Source of the DNA: the human T2T-CHM13v2.0 reference genome, Homo sapiens
DNA: 64,000 nt
Reading direction: 5' to 3' (one strand)
NCBI RefSeq assembly: GCF_009914755.1
Contig: NC_060945.1
Both the position numbers and the translations under genes were made by a program. A model generated the notes under the pieces. That model saw only the letters and a list, made by a program, of their open reading frames with translations. It searched no databases and had not been told where the DNA came from. This document shows, piece after piece, positions 31,611 to 44,503 of the stretch. Numbering within the stretch: the stretch's first letter is position 1; each line of letters starts with the position of its first letter.

Positions 31611-34120
31611 TAAAATGTGATATAATGGACATGCAATCACAAGTTTTATTTTATTTTTAATTATAATTCCCCCAGCATATACATTTCACAAAACTAACTA
31701 AAATTAATTTTGCCTCAATATCTTTATTTTTTAAATAAAATGGTGATGTAGCCTTACAGATCAATGAGACTCTGTAGTCTGTTAAAATAATTAAATAGGA
31801 GCTAACTGACAGAAAAAGATTCTAATTATTTAATGTGCATTAAAAATATCAGGTTAACAAAGCTTTTGCGTAATCTTATGCAATACAAATGTTAGTTTTA
31901 ATCTTTTTGCATGGCTGTATCTTGTATCTGCAGCATCTCTATTTCACAATCATTTCCAGCTGTATGACAGAGGCTGGAATTAAATCTTCTACAAGTGATT
32001 TTCAGGAGTAAGGATCCATGAGTATAGCTACTTTCTGAAATTCGTGCGTGTATGCGAGAGAGAGAGGGCCACAAATTAGTTATAATATCACTCTGGTCAA
32101 TTATACCCAGCAATTGTAGAAGAAAAGATATTAGATTTTTAATTTAAAAGCTATAGACAAAATAACTCTCCACTTCTTATTAGAATCACGGACCCGATGA
32201 TGTTCTTCTCAATATTATGTTTCTCTCTCTCTCTCTCTTTTTTTGTATATTAAGCTGTTTATTCATGTGCTTAGAACAATAGGAAGACAAATTAGTTGTA
32301 ATGGGTAAATTATTTTTCAGATCATACATGTTACCAACTTCCATTTGCCTCCATTGAAGTTTAGATTTTAAGCAGCAATTAAATTTCCAAGTTGATTTTT
32401 GCATATAAGCAGCAATTAAATTTCCAGGTTGATTTTGGCAATCTAAGTTAAAATGATCCTTGGCAATATGTAAGCGAGAAAGTATTCTTTGCTTCTTACA
32501 GAATCCGTATCAGGTGATGGTTACACAAGCCTCCACATTTTCAAAAGTGTGTATTATTACTTACTGTTGTCCCTTCCTTTTTTTTTAATTAAAGATGTCC
32601 CATATTTCCCAAAATTATAAAATTCTGGTAATTTTATTTGTTGGATAGTTCTCACAGTGATCATCTCCTCTACAATATCACTGCTCCACGGAGATCCAAG
32701 TCCTCATCATTCATTGGCTGGTGTCTTCTGGTAGATGGCTTATTCTTTTCTCATCAATTTATCTCACTGATCAATTGACGAAAGATCCTTACCAAATGTA
32801 TAACTCCTGATGTTTATATTTTTTAATCTTTATCATCACTTGCAAAGATTTTCTTCTCAGTATGTATCTCAAAAACATTCTTGCCTTATAATAATTGTTA
32901 TTTGTGTGGCCTCTGCCATAATTAACAACCTTTGTCCTGTGTATCACAGACAACATACAGAATGTCATGAAGAAGTCTTGGAAATCGGATTATTTGAGAC
33001 CTTTCACTAATACCTTCAATATTACATATTCTGTGTCTATAGGAAATTTCTACTCAGAAGAAAGGAAAACTCCTATTTTTACACAATATTCAAGGGTGAA
33101 GAATCCACACTGCTTGCTTCTAGCTATCACTCTAAAGCCAAGTTTCACCACCTGATATAAACAGCTATCTATTTCTTAGGTCAAAATATTTTTCCACGAC
33201 TCCTACACATGCTTCTTTATAAGATCAGGACTAAATCCAGCACATAATTCTAGGCTATGTTATGGATGTTTACGTGGAAGAGATGAAAACCCACTGTAAA
33301 ACTTAACTCAGAAGTGTAATATATTCAAAATCAAAGATTTAGAAAGCTGTGGCTATGTAATAAGTAAGAGGTAATAAGGTTAGGATTACAATAATAGGAA
33401 GTAAAAGCATTTGCATTATGGATATATGTTTAAGTTTTAGCCAAATAATTTGAAAACACTGGCTATAGAGTGAGAGCATACAAAAACACTCCGTGCTGAC
33501 TGAGGATTTTGCCTGAACTACACAAAAAGTAGGGGAACACTGGGGGAACGATCTTTATTTTTCTTTTAGAAAAGTGAAAAATCCAGAATTAAGTATTGGT
33601 TATTTTATTGTACAGATGCTAATTAGTATTCCAAGAGCCTATTTTAGATAGCTGGTTGAAATGTGAGCATCAGCATCTAGAGGGAGGGATGATATGTGGA
33701 ATATATATTTAGCTACTAAATTAACCCCCAAATCTCTGTGTCTTTACAGAATATTTAGTTCTTAAACTATAGTTCAGTAAATATTGCATGGCTCATTAAA
33801 TGGCACTGTGACAAGTCTCCTGTCATTTTGTGATTCCATCATCTTAAGCACAATACCTCTATATAGCCATCACAGAAAGCAATAGAGAACATAGAATACC
33901 AAATAGGAGTAGTTATGCCTAGTACTGAAGGGTTCCATATACTTCTTCCTCCATAATATTGACCAGAACTCAGTCACTTGGTGCTAAACCAAATGCACAG
34001 GAAACTTGAGAAATGTTTTAGCCTATCTGTTCATGAAGAAAAAAATGTGACCAGTAATTTCTTGGCAATCTGTGACAGTCTGTGGAATTAATGAGCAAGC
34101 TAAGAAGGATCTCTTTATAA

Positions 34121-35347
34121 GTTTTTTTTATTATACATTAAGTTTTGGGGTACATTTGCAGAATGTGCAGTTTTGTTACATAGGTATACATGTGACATGG
34201 TGGTTTTCTGCACCCATCAACCTGTCACTTATATTAGGTATTTCTCCTAATGCTGTCCATCTCCAAGCCCCCCAACTCCCAACAGGCCCTGGTGTGTGAT
34301 GTTCACCTGCCTGTGTCCATGTGTTCTCATTGTTCAACTCCCACTTATGAGTGAGAACATGTGGTGTTTGGTTTTCTGTTCTTGTGTTAGGTTACTGAAA
34401 ATGATGGTTTCCAGCTTCATCCATGTCCCTGCAAAGGACATGAGCTCATCCTTTTTTATGGCTGCAGAGTATTCCATGGTGTATATGTGCCACATTTTCT
34501 TTATCCAGTCTATCATTGATGGACATTTGGGTTGGTTCCAAGTCTTTGCTATTGTGAATAGTCCTGCAATAAACATATGCATGCAAGTGTCTTTACAGTA
34601 GAATGATTTATAATCCTTTGGGTATATACCCAGTAATGGGATTGCTGGGTCAAATGGTATTTCTAGTTCTAGATCCTTGAGGAATCGCCACACTGTATTC
34701 CACAGTGGTTGAACTAATTTACCCTCCCACTAACAGTGTAAAGGGTTCCTATTTCTCCAATTCCTCTCCAGCATCTGTTGTTTCCTGACATTTTAATGAT
34801 CGCTATTCTAACTGGCATGAGATGGTATTTCATTGTGGTTTTGATTTGCATTTCTCTAATGAGAAGTGATGATGAGCTTTTTTTCATATGTTTGTTGGCT
34901 GCATAAGTGTCTTCTTTTGAGAAGTGTCTATTCATATCCTTCTCCCACTTTTTGATGTGGTTGTTTGTTTTTTACTTGTAAATTTGTTTAAGTTCCTTGT
35001 AGATTCTGGATATTAGCCCTTTGTCAGATGGATAGATTGCAAAAATTTGTCTCATTCTGCAGGTTGCCTGTTCTCTCTGATGGTGGTTTCTTTTGGTGTA
35101 CAGAAGCTCTTTAGTTTAATTAGATCCCATTTGTCAATTTTGGCTTTTGTTGCCATGGCTTTTGGTGTTTTATTCATGAAGTCTTGGCCCATGCCTATGT
35201 CCTGAATGGTATTGTCTAGGTTTTCTTCTAGGGTTTTTATGGTTTTAGGTCTTACATGTAAGTCTTTAATCCATCTTGAGTTAATTTTTGTATAAGGTGT
35301 AAGGAAGGGGTCCAGTTTCAGTTTTCTGCATATGGCTAGCCAGTTTT
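34121..35347 (-). mobile_element. 5'-truncated L1PA (PA7/8-like): 3'UTR and ORF2 C-terminus
   Basis: ORFs 34334-34693 (WRFLKDLELEIPFDPAIPLLGIYPKDYKS..) and 34714-34935 ([17 protein letters not shown]) are L1 ORF2p C-terminal sequence. Confidence 0.97.
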
Positions 35348-37728
35348 GTGTTTAGAAATAATTATTACATTTTAACTCTACAGGGAGGAGTTTCTTTACA
35401 CAGGTGAGATTCTGGGCGGGGGTGTCTTCTGCCATAGAACATAAAATGAAACAAGACTTGGCCATGACATAGGAGGACATAGAAAGGGAATTTGGGAAAG
35501 GTATCTGTGTCCTCATGAAGGGATATTTGGACAGAAATATCTTGTGCCACAAGAGGTCTTCAGACAAGGACATTTTCTTATAAATGGTTGTGTTACCTTA
35601 ACTGAGAGAATCAAATTTGTCAAATGTTGCTTGCAGGCTGAGTAAGATAATTTCTGAGAAATTACGATTGGATTCAACATTTAGAAGTAAACTGCTGCTT
35701 GAGAGGACTATAGGGACAGAATCCTGGGCAGAAAAGATAAAAGAAATATTACAGTTGTAAAAATGAGCATAGAAATAAGTGAATAGTTACAAGACATATA
35801 GGGTCACAGGAGGCATTTTTTTCTTTTTTTTGTTTTTTTTTTTCATGTAAGCTTGTACATTCAGGACTAATTCAAGAAAGATGGAACAGTTAATTATGAA
35901 AAGGTAAATGGGAAAAAATGCATATGTAATGAGATTAGATTATCAAATGTACTCAATCCAGTGCACAAGAAGACCTGGCCTTGGGCAGGACAACAGGTAG
36001 TACCTTAGTACATCATTCAATTAGGGACTTAGTGACTCTGGTAGCTTTGTGTATTTGATTTTGGTTACTTTGTGACCAGAATAAACCTCTAGAACAAAAT
36101 ATTAGGGGACTGGAGGACATGTACTGGAAAGTCATGGGTGTAGGCTGAAGTGCAGGAAGCTTGGATGTCAGTGAAGGTGTCATTATTGGCAGTGTCAAGT
36201 TCTAGGGTATCACCATGGTGAATTCAAGGATTTAAGGATGCATGTGTATGACAGTATCAAATATAACTTTATTTACTTCTAGTTTATTTTAGGGTAAATT
36301 TCTCTGCCAAAGACTCCTGAGTATATCATACAAATAGGCTGAAGTGATAAACTGAACCCTAAAGCGTAAAAATCACCCTAGCTATTGCAAACTCTTGCTT
36401 AATAACTTCAAATAAATTATTCTTGCTTTTCTGATTGATGATAAAACTAGAGAGTTAAAATTTAGCTAAATTAAAGCTAAAATTTAACTTATTATGTTTG
36501 ACATAGTAATTATTTCTGTCAATTTGTCTTTGGTAATTACTACATTATAATTAAATGTAAAAATTAATTCATTATTTCTGTTCTGAATGCATGAACATTT
36601 ACCAATCTCAAAGGCAAAGGAGGGCGTTAAAAACTTTCTAAGTTGAAAATTTTAAGCTGAATAGAATTAAGGAACAATGGCATATATGTATGCCATTCTA
36701 AAACAAAATTTAATATAAAACAAAATTTTCTTCTTTTGGTGAATATTAACTTGACCCTAAAGGTCATATTTTATTAAAGTACTAAGCTTTATTTTTTATT
36801 TTGTTTCAATTTTGAAAATTCAGATATACAGGGGTTAGTTTATAACAAAAACAATATTTAATTTTCATATTTTAAACACATTTAATGAAGTGCATGTCAA
36901 TGTTAATAGTAATTTATGAACTAATATATATAATTATTAAAATAAAAAATCCAATTTTAAAATATGATTTATAATTTTTTAACTGTACTTCAAAATATCA
37001 CAGAATGGAGCGACAGGCAAAGGAAAGAGGGGGAAGAGAAAGAGACAGAGGAAGAAACAGATTAAGAAAAAAAATCTAAGGATCAATATTCTAGTTCCAA
37101 GAAAAATAATGTAACTGTACAATATGCATTTAAAGTTGAAGGCACAAAAGCTTGATTCACAGCTTTCCTACTATTCTTCTTTTTGGAGCCATTCCAAATG
37201 TCATTATTAAAGTGGCTATTTACATATAGTGTCATAACATGGTAAGCTAAAGGCTAAAGTTGATAGTAGAAAGAACTTCATTAAAAAGGCTATATTTTAA
37301 AAATAAGAAAGTCTTTTTACAAGTAATGTTAAATGGGAAATTAAGGCAATGACCCAAATAATTAAAGTAAAACAAATCCTAAGCATCTGAGGGAAAAATG
37401 GAAGTTTGAGGTTTAAATCATCACAAATTACTGTCTACATTCATCAAATTAATGGGGCAATTACTCAGCATGCACTTTAAATAGGTTACGTATCTTCAAA
37501 TTGAAGTCATTTCTATATGGAAAGACTGATTTACTGACTTTGCTTTTTTCTTTTTCTCAAAGTGTCAGTGATTGATTTCTTTTAATAAAATGAACTAATT
37601 CTAATATTGACAGGAGACAAATTGTATAGTTGGTCTACACTGTCTAGCTGTGTTTATTTTATCTTGAAACCCATATATTTTGAGGTTCGAATGCTCAACT
37701 TGTAGCAAATGTAAAAATCACATAATAA

Positions 37729-38071
<343 letters not shown>

Positions 38072-38254
38072 TAAATATGAAAATTAGAACCTTATGACCT
38101 TTAAAACTCTGCATACCTATTATTTCCTGAAATTCTTTGAAAACCTTTTAAAATGCGGTCAGAGCCCACAATCTTATGTTTTTCATAAACATCAAAGGAC
38201 ATTGAGAATGGATGAACAGCAGCAACATGTACATCTCTCTGCTTCAATAGTTTA

Positions 38255-38680
38255 TCTTTCTTTCTTTTCCTTCCTTCCTTTTCTCTTCCTTCCTTTTTTC
38301 TTCCCTTTCCCTTTTCCCCTTCCTCCCTTCCTTCCTTCGTTCCTTCCTTCCTTCGTTCCTTCCTTCCTTCGTTCCTTCCTTCCTTCGTTCCTTCCTTCCT
38401 CCCTTCCTTCCTTCGTTCCTTCCTTCCTTCGTTCCTTCCTTCCTCCCTTCCTTCCTTCGTTCCTTCCTTCCTTCGTTCCTTCCTTCCTTCGTTCCTTCCT
38501 TCCTCCCTTCCTTCCTTCGTTCCTTCCTTCCTTCGTTCCTTCCTTCCTCCCTTCCTTCCTTCGTTCCTTCCTTCCTTCGTTCCTTCCTTCCTTCGTTCCT
38601 TCCTTCCTTCCTTCTTTTTTTCCTCCCTCTCTCCCTCCTATGTTTTCCTTCTTCTTCTTTTTTCTTCTCTCACCCTTTTT
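38255..38680. repeat. (TTCC)n polypyrimidine tract with TTCG variants and a 60-bp higher-order period
   Basis: Positions 38341, 38461, 38521 and 38581 all begin tccttccttccttcgttccttccttcc. Confidence 0.95.
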
Positions 38681-38789
38681 TATTATTTCTTTGCCAAGGG
38701 AGAACAATGGAAAGTAGGAAATAGTATTGAAAATAAGAAAAAATTGCTTAAAACAGTATAAATTCAGTTACACCACTATTTTTCAAAAA

Positions 38790-39330
38790 TAAAATTCAAA
38801 TTTTAAATAATATGAAAATGTTATGTGTTCTTACCATGAAAATGATAATCATAGGAGGTAATATATGTTAAATAGTTTGTTTTAGCCATTCCACAAAGTG
38901 TACATGTGGAATCAATGCATTATGTTGTGCACCATAAATATCTACAATTTTCACTTGTCAATTAAAAAAAAGGATAGAAGTTTCAAAGCCAAAATTTAAA
39001 ACAAATTAAAAGAAGAATTCTACAAAGGCAAAACTATTGTAGAAGAAGGAAAGAAATCGAACTTATTTCTCTACTCAGTTGATAAATGCCGTTAGAATTG
39101 GATCCAGTTTTGCGGTACTGGAAATAAAGCTTCTAAGAGTATGTGTGTCTGTGTCTTTTGATGGGCACATGCATCGCATTGACATCTGTTGTGTGTTCAC
39201 TGATGCAAAATTGTGGGTCACAGGTCATGAGACTGTTCACTGAAAAAGCTTTTTCTGACAAAAGTTTTTATGGTTGTTTATACGAATTTAAAATTTTACC
39301 ATGAATGTATGAGAGTTCAGTTATTCCATA
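38790..39330. mobile_element. Old L1M 3'-end fragments in both orientations
   Basis: ttagtttgttttagccattccaca...accataaatatctacaattt, followed by antisense tgtatgagagttc. Confidence 0.55.
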
Positions 39331-42300
39331 CCTACATTAAGTTTTTCCATATTTATATCTAAAGTTAGAATATTCTTTCTTTTGAATGTTAACCAATTGT
39401 GTACTTGCGTGGAGGTATATCACGTTGGTTGCTAAAAAATAATTTTATTGAAAAGAAGTTTATGTGTTTATTGGACCTTGAAATTGTATTTAGTTTCATG
39501 TGTGTGAATTCCCTCCTTTCCTATTTTCATTTTGATCTTTGTCTTTTTTATGAACGTTAGATTTTTTTACAGATTTTTACACAGCATTAGATATGAGTGT
39601 TACAAAACAAAGCATGATTTTTTTCAAAAAGACTTAAGAGTACTTATGAATTCCTTTATTCACTCTCTTAGGTAGGTCTTCCTTTAGCAAACAAAAGTTC
39701 TTAATTTTAATGTAATCAAATGTATATCTTTTATATCTGATACTATTTACCTTCTATTTAAAAAAACTTTACCTCATGTTACTCATGCTTAAAAAGATAT
39801 TGTTTTATTTTTATTTTTACAAGCTTTATTGTCTTACATTACCAGTCTGGATTCACCAAGCTTTTTTGCATAGCATTTAGCACCGCAGCTACCTCTATTT
39901 ACTGAAATTCTTGGTGTTTCATCTAGCATATTAGTAGGTTACAGGTAGGCATATATTTGAAGGGCAAAAAGCTGTCACACTTTCAGATTATGTTTCATCA
40001 GAGCATTTTCCTCTCTGTAATTTTATCTTCTATTTTTAGCTGCTGTGGCTAAATATAAATCAAGTCTTAATTTCATCAGCCCATTTTTTTCTTTCTTGTA
40101 CCTAAAATTTCTACCTTTTCTGGATTTTTCTATATCATGTAGACATACTTGGATGTTCTTTATAATGAAATATGCATTCATGCAAAACATCCCTCTTCTT
40201 TCACACTCCTCTCCAGCTATTTATCGATTTCCCCTTTCTTTCACCCAAAACTCTTTAAAATAATTGTGCGTATTCTCTCCGGTTAATCACTTACCTTCTT
40301 TTCACAACCCATTCCATTCCAGACCATTTCACTCTAACTGCTCTTATCAAGATCACTAAATACCCTCATATTGCTGAATTTGCATGGTTGCTTGTCTGTC
40401 AATATCTTTATTAGTTTCTCAGCATCATTTGATGTAGTTTTCCATTTCTGCTGCACCAAAATATTCTTCTTTTAGATTATATGTCACACTGACATTATGT
40501 ATATTTTTAAGCCATTTCTTTATCCACTCAGTGGATCATTGCTTTTAACGAGTAAAAAGTAAACGGAGGGAACCATCCTAAGAGGCTGTTACAGTAAACC
40601 GTAAGAGTTAGTTTTGGACACAGGCGCTAGGGAAGGATAAAGAAACACACACACCACACACACACACACAAAAACACATACATAAATCAGGACAGATTTT
40701 TTTGTTAGAATTAATAGAACTATAAGGTATTATGAGCTAGTGAATGAAAGGGAATAATATTTCAAACTGGCTTAATTTTTAGCTGTGACAATTGACTGAA
40801 TGTGGGTGCAAGTAACTAAAATGGATATTTGGGAAAGGAGAAGATTTAGACAAATTTTGAAATTTCTCACTTAAGTACATCAAGTAGGGAATAGGATGTA
40901 TAACTTTTGTGGCATTTGAGATATAATTTTGAGAGTCCTTGGAAGATAATGTGAATCAGAACAAAGAACCTATGGGAATAATATAGAAAGTAAAGAAAGA
41001 GAAACCAGAGCTGAACCCTTGCTTCTTCCAATGCTTATAAATAAAGTCACAATGTGGAAATGACAGAGGGCATTGAAAAGGATGGCAAGAAAATGAATAA
41101 TTTTGATATTCCTGTAAACAAATAGAATACTTAAAAACATATGAGCTGTCTTCCATATCAAACAATATTAGGAAGTAGAATAATATTGTATCATAACTGA
41201 GGTCACCGGAATTTGTCAACATAGAAATTATTGATGATCAAAAAATAATTTTATGACAAGAAGAAGATGAAAATTCAAAGTGGAGTGTTTTGAGAAGAGA
41301 ATAGTAGATTACAAAGATGAGAGTAATTAAAACAATTACTTAAAGAAGCTTGAGGATAAGCCAGGAAAATGTGTTCCATTAATTATCTGGCACTTTGAAA
41401 AATTAAGACACAATGAAAGACAGTTTGGGAATAATACAAATCTAAGGAAAAATTCAATTTATGTTTGAAGTAGAATATCAAAAATAGACTGAAGAATGGA
41501 GACTTTTAAGGTACATCTCCAAGTACAAGGAAAGGGAGAAACATTTTGTAGGTCTTTGTTTCTTTGTGTGGACCAGAGATTGACTTAAAGATGGAAAGAC
41601 ATTCTTTGGCTCTGTTTATCTCTGACATGTATTATGTAACCCTTTAGAATAGCTATTGGCCGTTAGATAAAGTAGGCTGTAGAATGAATTTACTCATAAC
41701 TCTCTCCTAATTCACCTCAGAGGATTTTGGACCTAACATCAAAACTGATTCACAAAAGTCTGGAGTTAAATAGAAACAATGACTCTGACAAGGAAATATT
41801 TCCATAAATATGAGTACATTTTCTTTGATACTCCATGATTTTGACTGCCCCAATCCAAATCCCAGAAAGAAGCCATACTCCTAGAAAATAATAAAGCCGG
41901 TCGTCAATCCTCTAGGGTTTTAGGAAGAGGAGGAGGAGAAGGAAGGGGAAGGAAACTTACCCAACCAATATATGAGTTAATGTTTCAGGATAATTTTGGT
42001 TTATATTTAAAGGTTCATCTCTTTATTTCTTTTCTATCTTATCACTCTACACCAAAAATGGGTCACCATCTATGATACTCTGCCTTGACGAAGTATTCTG
42101 TCTGAGGTGAATCTTTCAAGAAGGTTAAATTTTGAATGCATGTAGTATGCACTGACATTTTCATGAGCCTCTTTAGCTATCAGATACATTTAAGATTTTT
42201 CTTTTCAATAGTATACCTGAATCTGTATTTTAGGTGTGGGCTTGGGATAGTTGAAGGCCAACCTATATTCTGAGGTTAATATTGCCTGCATAACAAAAGT

Positions 42301-43290
42301 CTTTTCCATGCAAAAGCATAGCCCAGCCATGTTCTGTACTGACTTTAGGAGCTAAACACCAAGACAATTAAAATATAATGTCATGCATGCTTCCTTGTCT
42401 TTTCACAAATGTCTTTCTTGCATTTGGAAGGGCTGGGTAAAGGTAGGATTCAGATTTGAGGAATCTAATGTTATATATGTCTACATGTTTAATGTATCTG
42501 CGTTGATTATTGGCACGAGTAATATTTTCTCTATTTCATTGTTACAAACTTTAACAAAATCTCATATTGCATGGCTAGGTTTTTATATTTTAAAATGATA
42601 TAATAAGAGGTTTTTAATTTTTTAACAATAAGAAAAATCCCCTTTTTATTCAGGGGAAGAAAATAAATGCTCCCTCTGGCTTAGGAATGAGCTAATTATT
42701 TGTCATCATTCTAAACAAATAGATACGATAATTTAAATGGTGTTTCAAACGTCTGCAAAGATTATCAGCATTCAAACTAAAACCAAGGCATTTTAATATT
42801 CTCATCAGAGCCGATCAGTTAACCAAAGTGGGTCATTAGAAAATAACTAGCTAGGCATTTCATTAATGCACAAATAACCCAGAATAATATTCATAGTTTT
42901 CACGTTTGCCTAATGTGCATGTAGAACACAGTGTTCAAACATGACTTTTTTTTACTATGTTACTATCTTAATTTCAGATTGTATTTTAATGTATTTATAT
43001 GAAAACACTGGGGCAAGGAAATGTAAGAAACAGAAAACAAATTAGAGCTGTTCCTTTGATTGTGTAACATCAGGGTCACTAGCTCTAGCTGTATATCAGG
43101 TCTTTTCTACTTTGACTTTGGAGCAGATCTCTCATTCCTTTGAATACACTGTTCTTTTGGCAGCAATGTCTTCACACTCTCGATTTTCTTCCTGCCTCTC
43201 TAACAGCTTTTTCTCTGTATCCTTTCTGCCTTCACACCTCCATAAACTTGGGAAGTGAAAACCACTCCTGATGTCTCTTTTTTCTCCAAT

Positions 43291-43368
43291 TATATTAGTC
43301 ATGGTGTTCCAGTGAAACTAAACGAATACTAATTGCCTGCATAACAAAAGTCTTTTATAAATATAGAG

Positions 43369-43421
<53 letters not shown>

Positions 43422-44503
43422 TATATAGAGAGTGTATATATATATAATATGTATAATTTTTCTATATCTGGATTTTTTCTAACATATATATGTATATATA
43501 TTAGAGTACCATTAGTTTCAGCTGTGTCTTGTAACCTCTTCAGAGTCTATTGGGTTCAATGTCCCCAGAGAGTAAATTTATAGTCTACTGGCAAAGGGAG
43601 AAGAACCCATTTATCAGATTGAATGTATGATAGTTGGTATCATGGATCTAATCTTTGTTTAGACAAATTTCATATGGTTTCTCCTGTGTAGCTTCATAGG
43701 CACCGCACAATTTTAGAGATATTTGGGTCATCTATAATAATTCCCAAGACATTCTGAGAATCTCAGCCTTATTTTTGGTTTCTGATTTCCCACTATGTCT
43801 GTTTATGTCTTGTTTCTTTTGTCCCTCTGCTTTCCTGTTTCCAAAGCCTGGTTTGTCTTCTCTGCTCTCATTGTCTTCATCATTTTGATCTATTTATTGT
43901 TTGAAACCACTATTTTCATGTAAGCATACTTTTTAAAAAACAGTACATATATATGTATATATATACACACATATATACAACAGTACATATATCTATATAT
44001 ATAGAGAGAGAAACAGATTATAGATATAGGTATGGATATATACAAAGAGATTTATTATGAGGGATCAGCTCACACAGATAGATGGATGAAAAGTCCCACA
44101 AACTTCCATCTGTAAGCCAGAGGTCCAAGACAACCAGTGGTGTAGGCCCAATCCAAGTCTAAAGATATGAGAATTAAGGAAGTCAGTGGAGTAAGTCCAA
44201 GTCTGAGCCTCAAGGCTTGAGAACTAGAAGCTCCAATCTTTGCTAGCAGAACAAGATAGATTTCTCAGCTCAAACACAGAGAGAGAACTCTCTTTTCCCC
44301 CGTCTTTTGGTTCTATTCTGGCCTTCAAAGGATTGAATGGCGCTCACTCACACAGGTAAGCATTGTTTTCTTTACTCATTCTACCAATGTAAATGCTTAT
44401 CTTTTCTGGAAACAGCTTCACAAAAACACTCAGAAATAATGATTTACCAGCTCTCTGAGTATCCCTTAGCCCAGACAAGTTGGCACATTAAATTAACCAT
44501 CAT
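43291..44503 (-). mobile_element. MLT2 (B/C/D-type) ERVL LTR whose internal TA microsatellite carries inserted DNA
   Basis: Starts tatattagtca.ggtgttccag.gaaac; resumes at ~44046 gagatttattatgaggga..gctcacac; ends aagttggcacattaaattaaccatcata. Confidence 0.85.

Noticed and set aside
34334-34935. L1 ORF2 peptides as an active element
   Set aside because: The copy is 5'-truncated at ~1.2 kb and frameshifted, with no promoter, ORF1 or RT domain.
38094-38717. 207-aa FLPS-rich ORF and the antisense 151-aa KEGR-rich ORF
   Set aside because: These are translations of a stop-free (TTCC)n tract.
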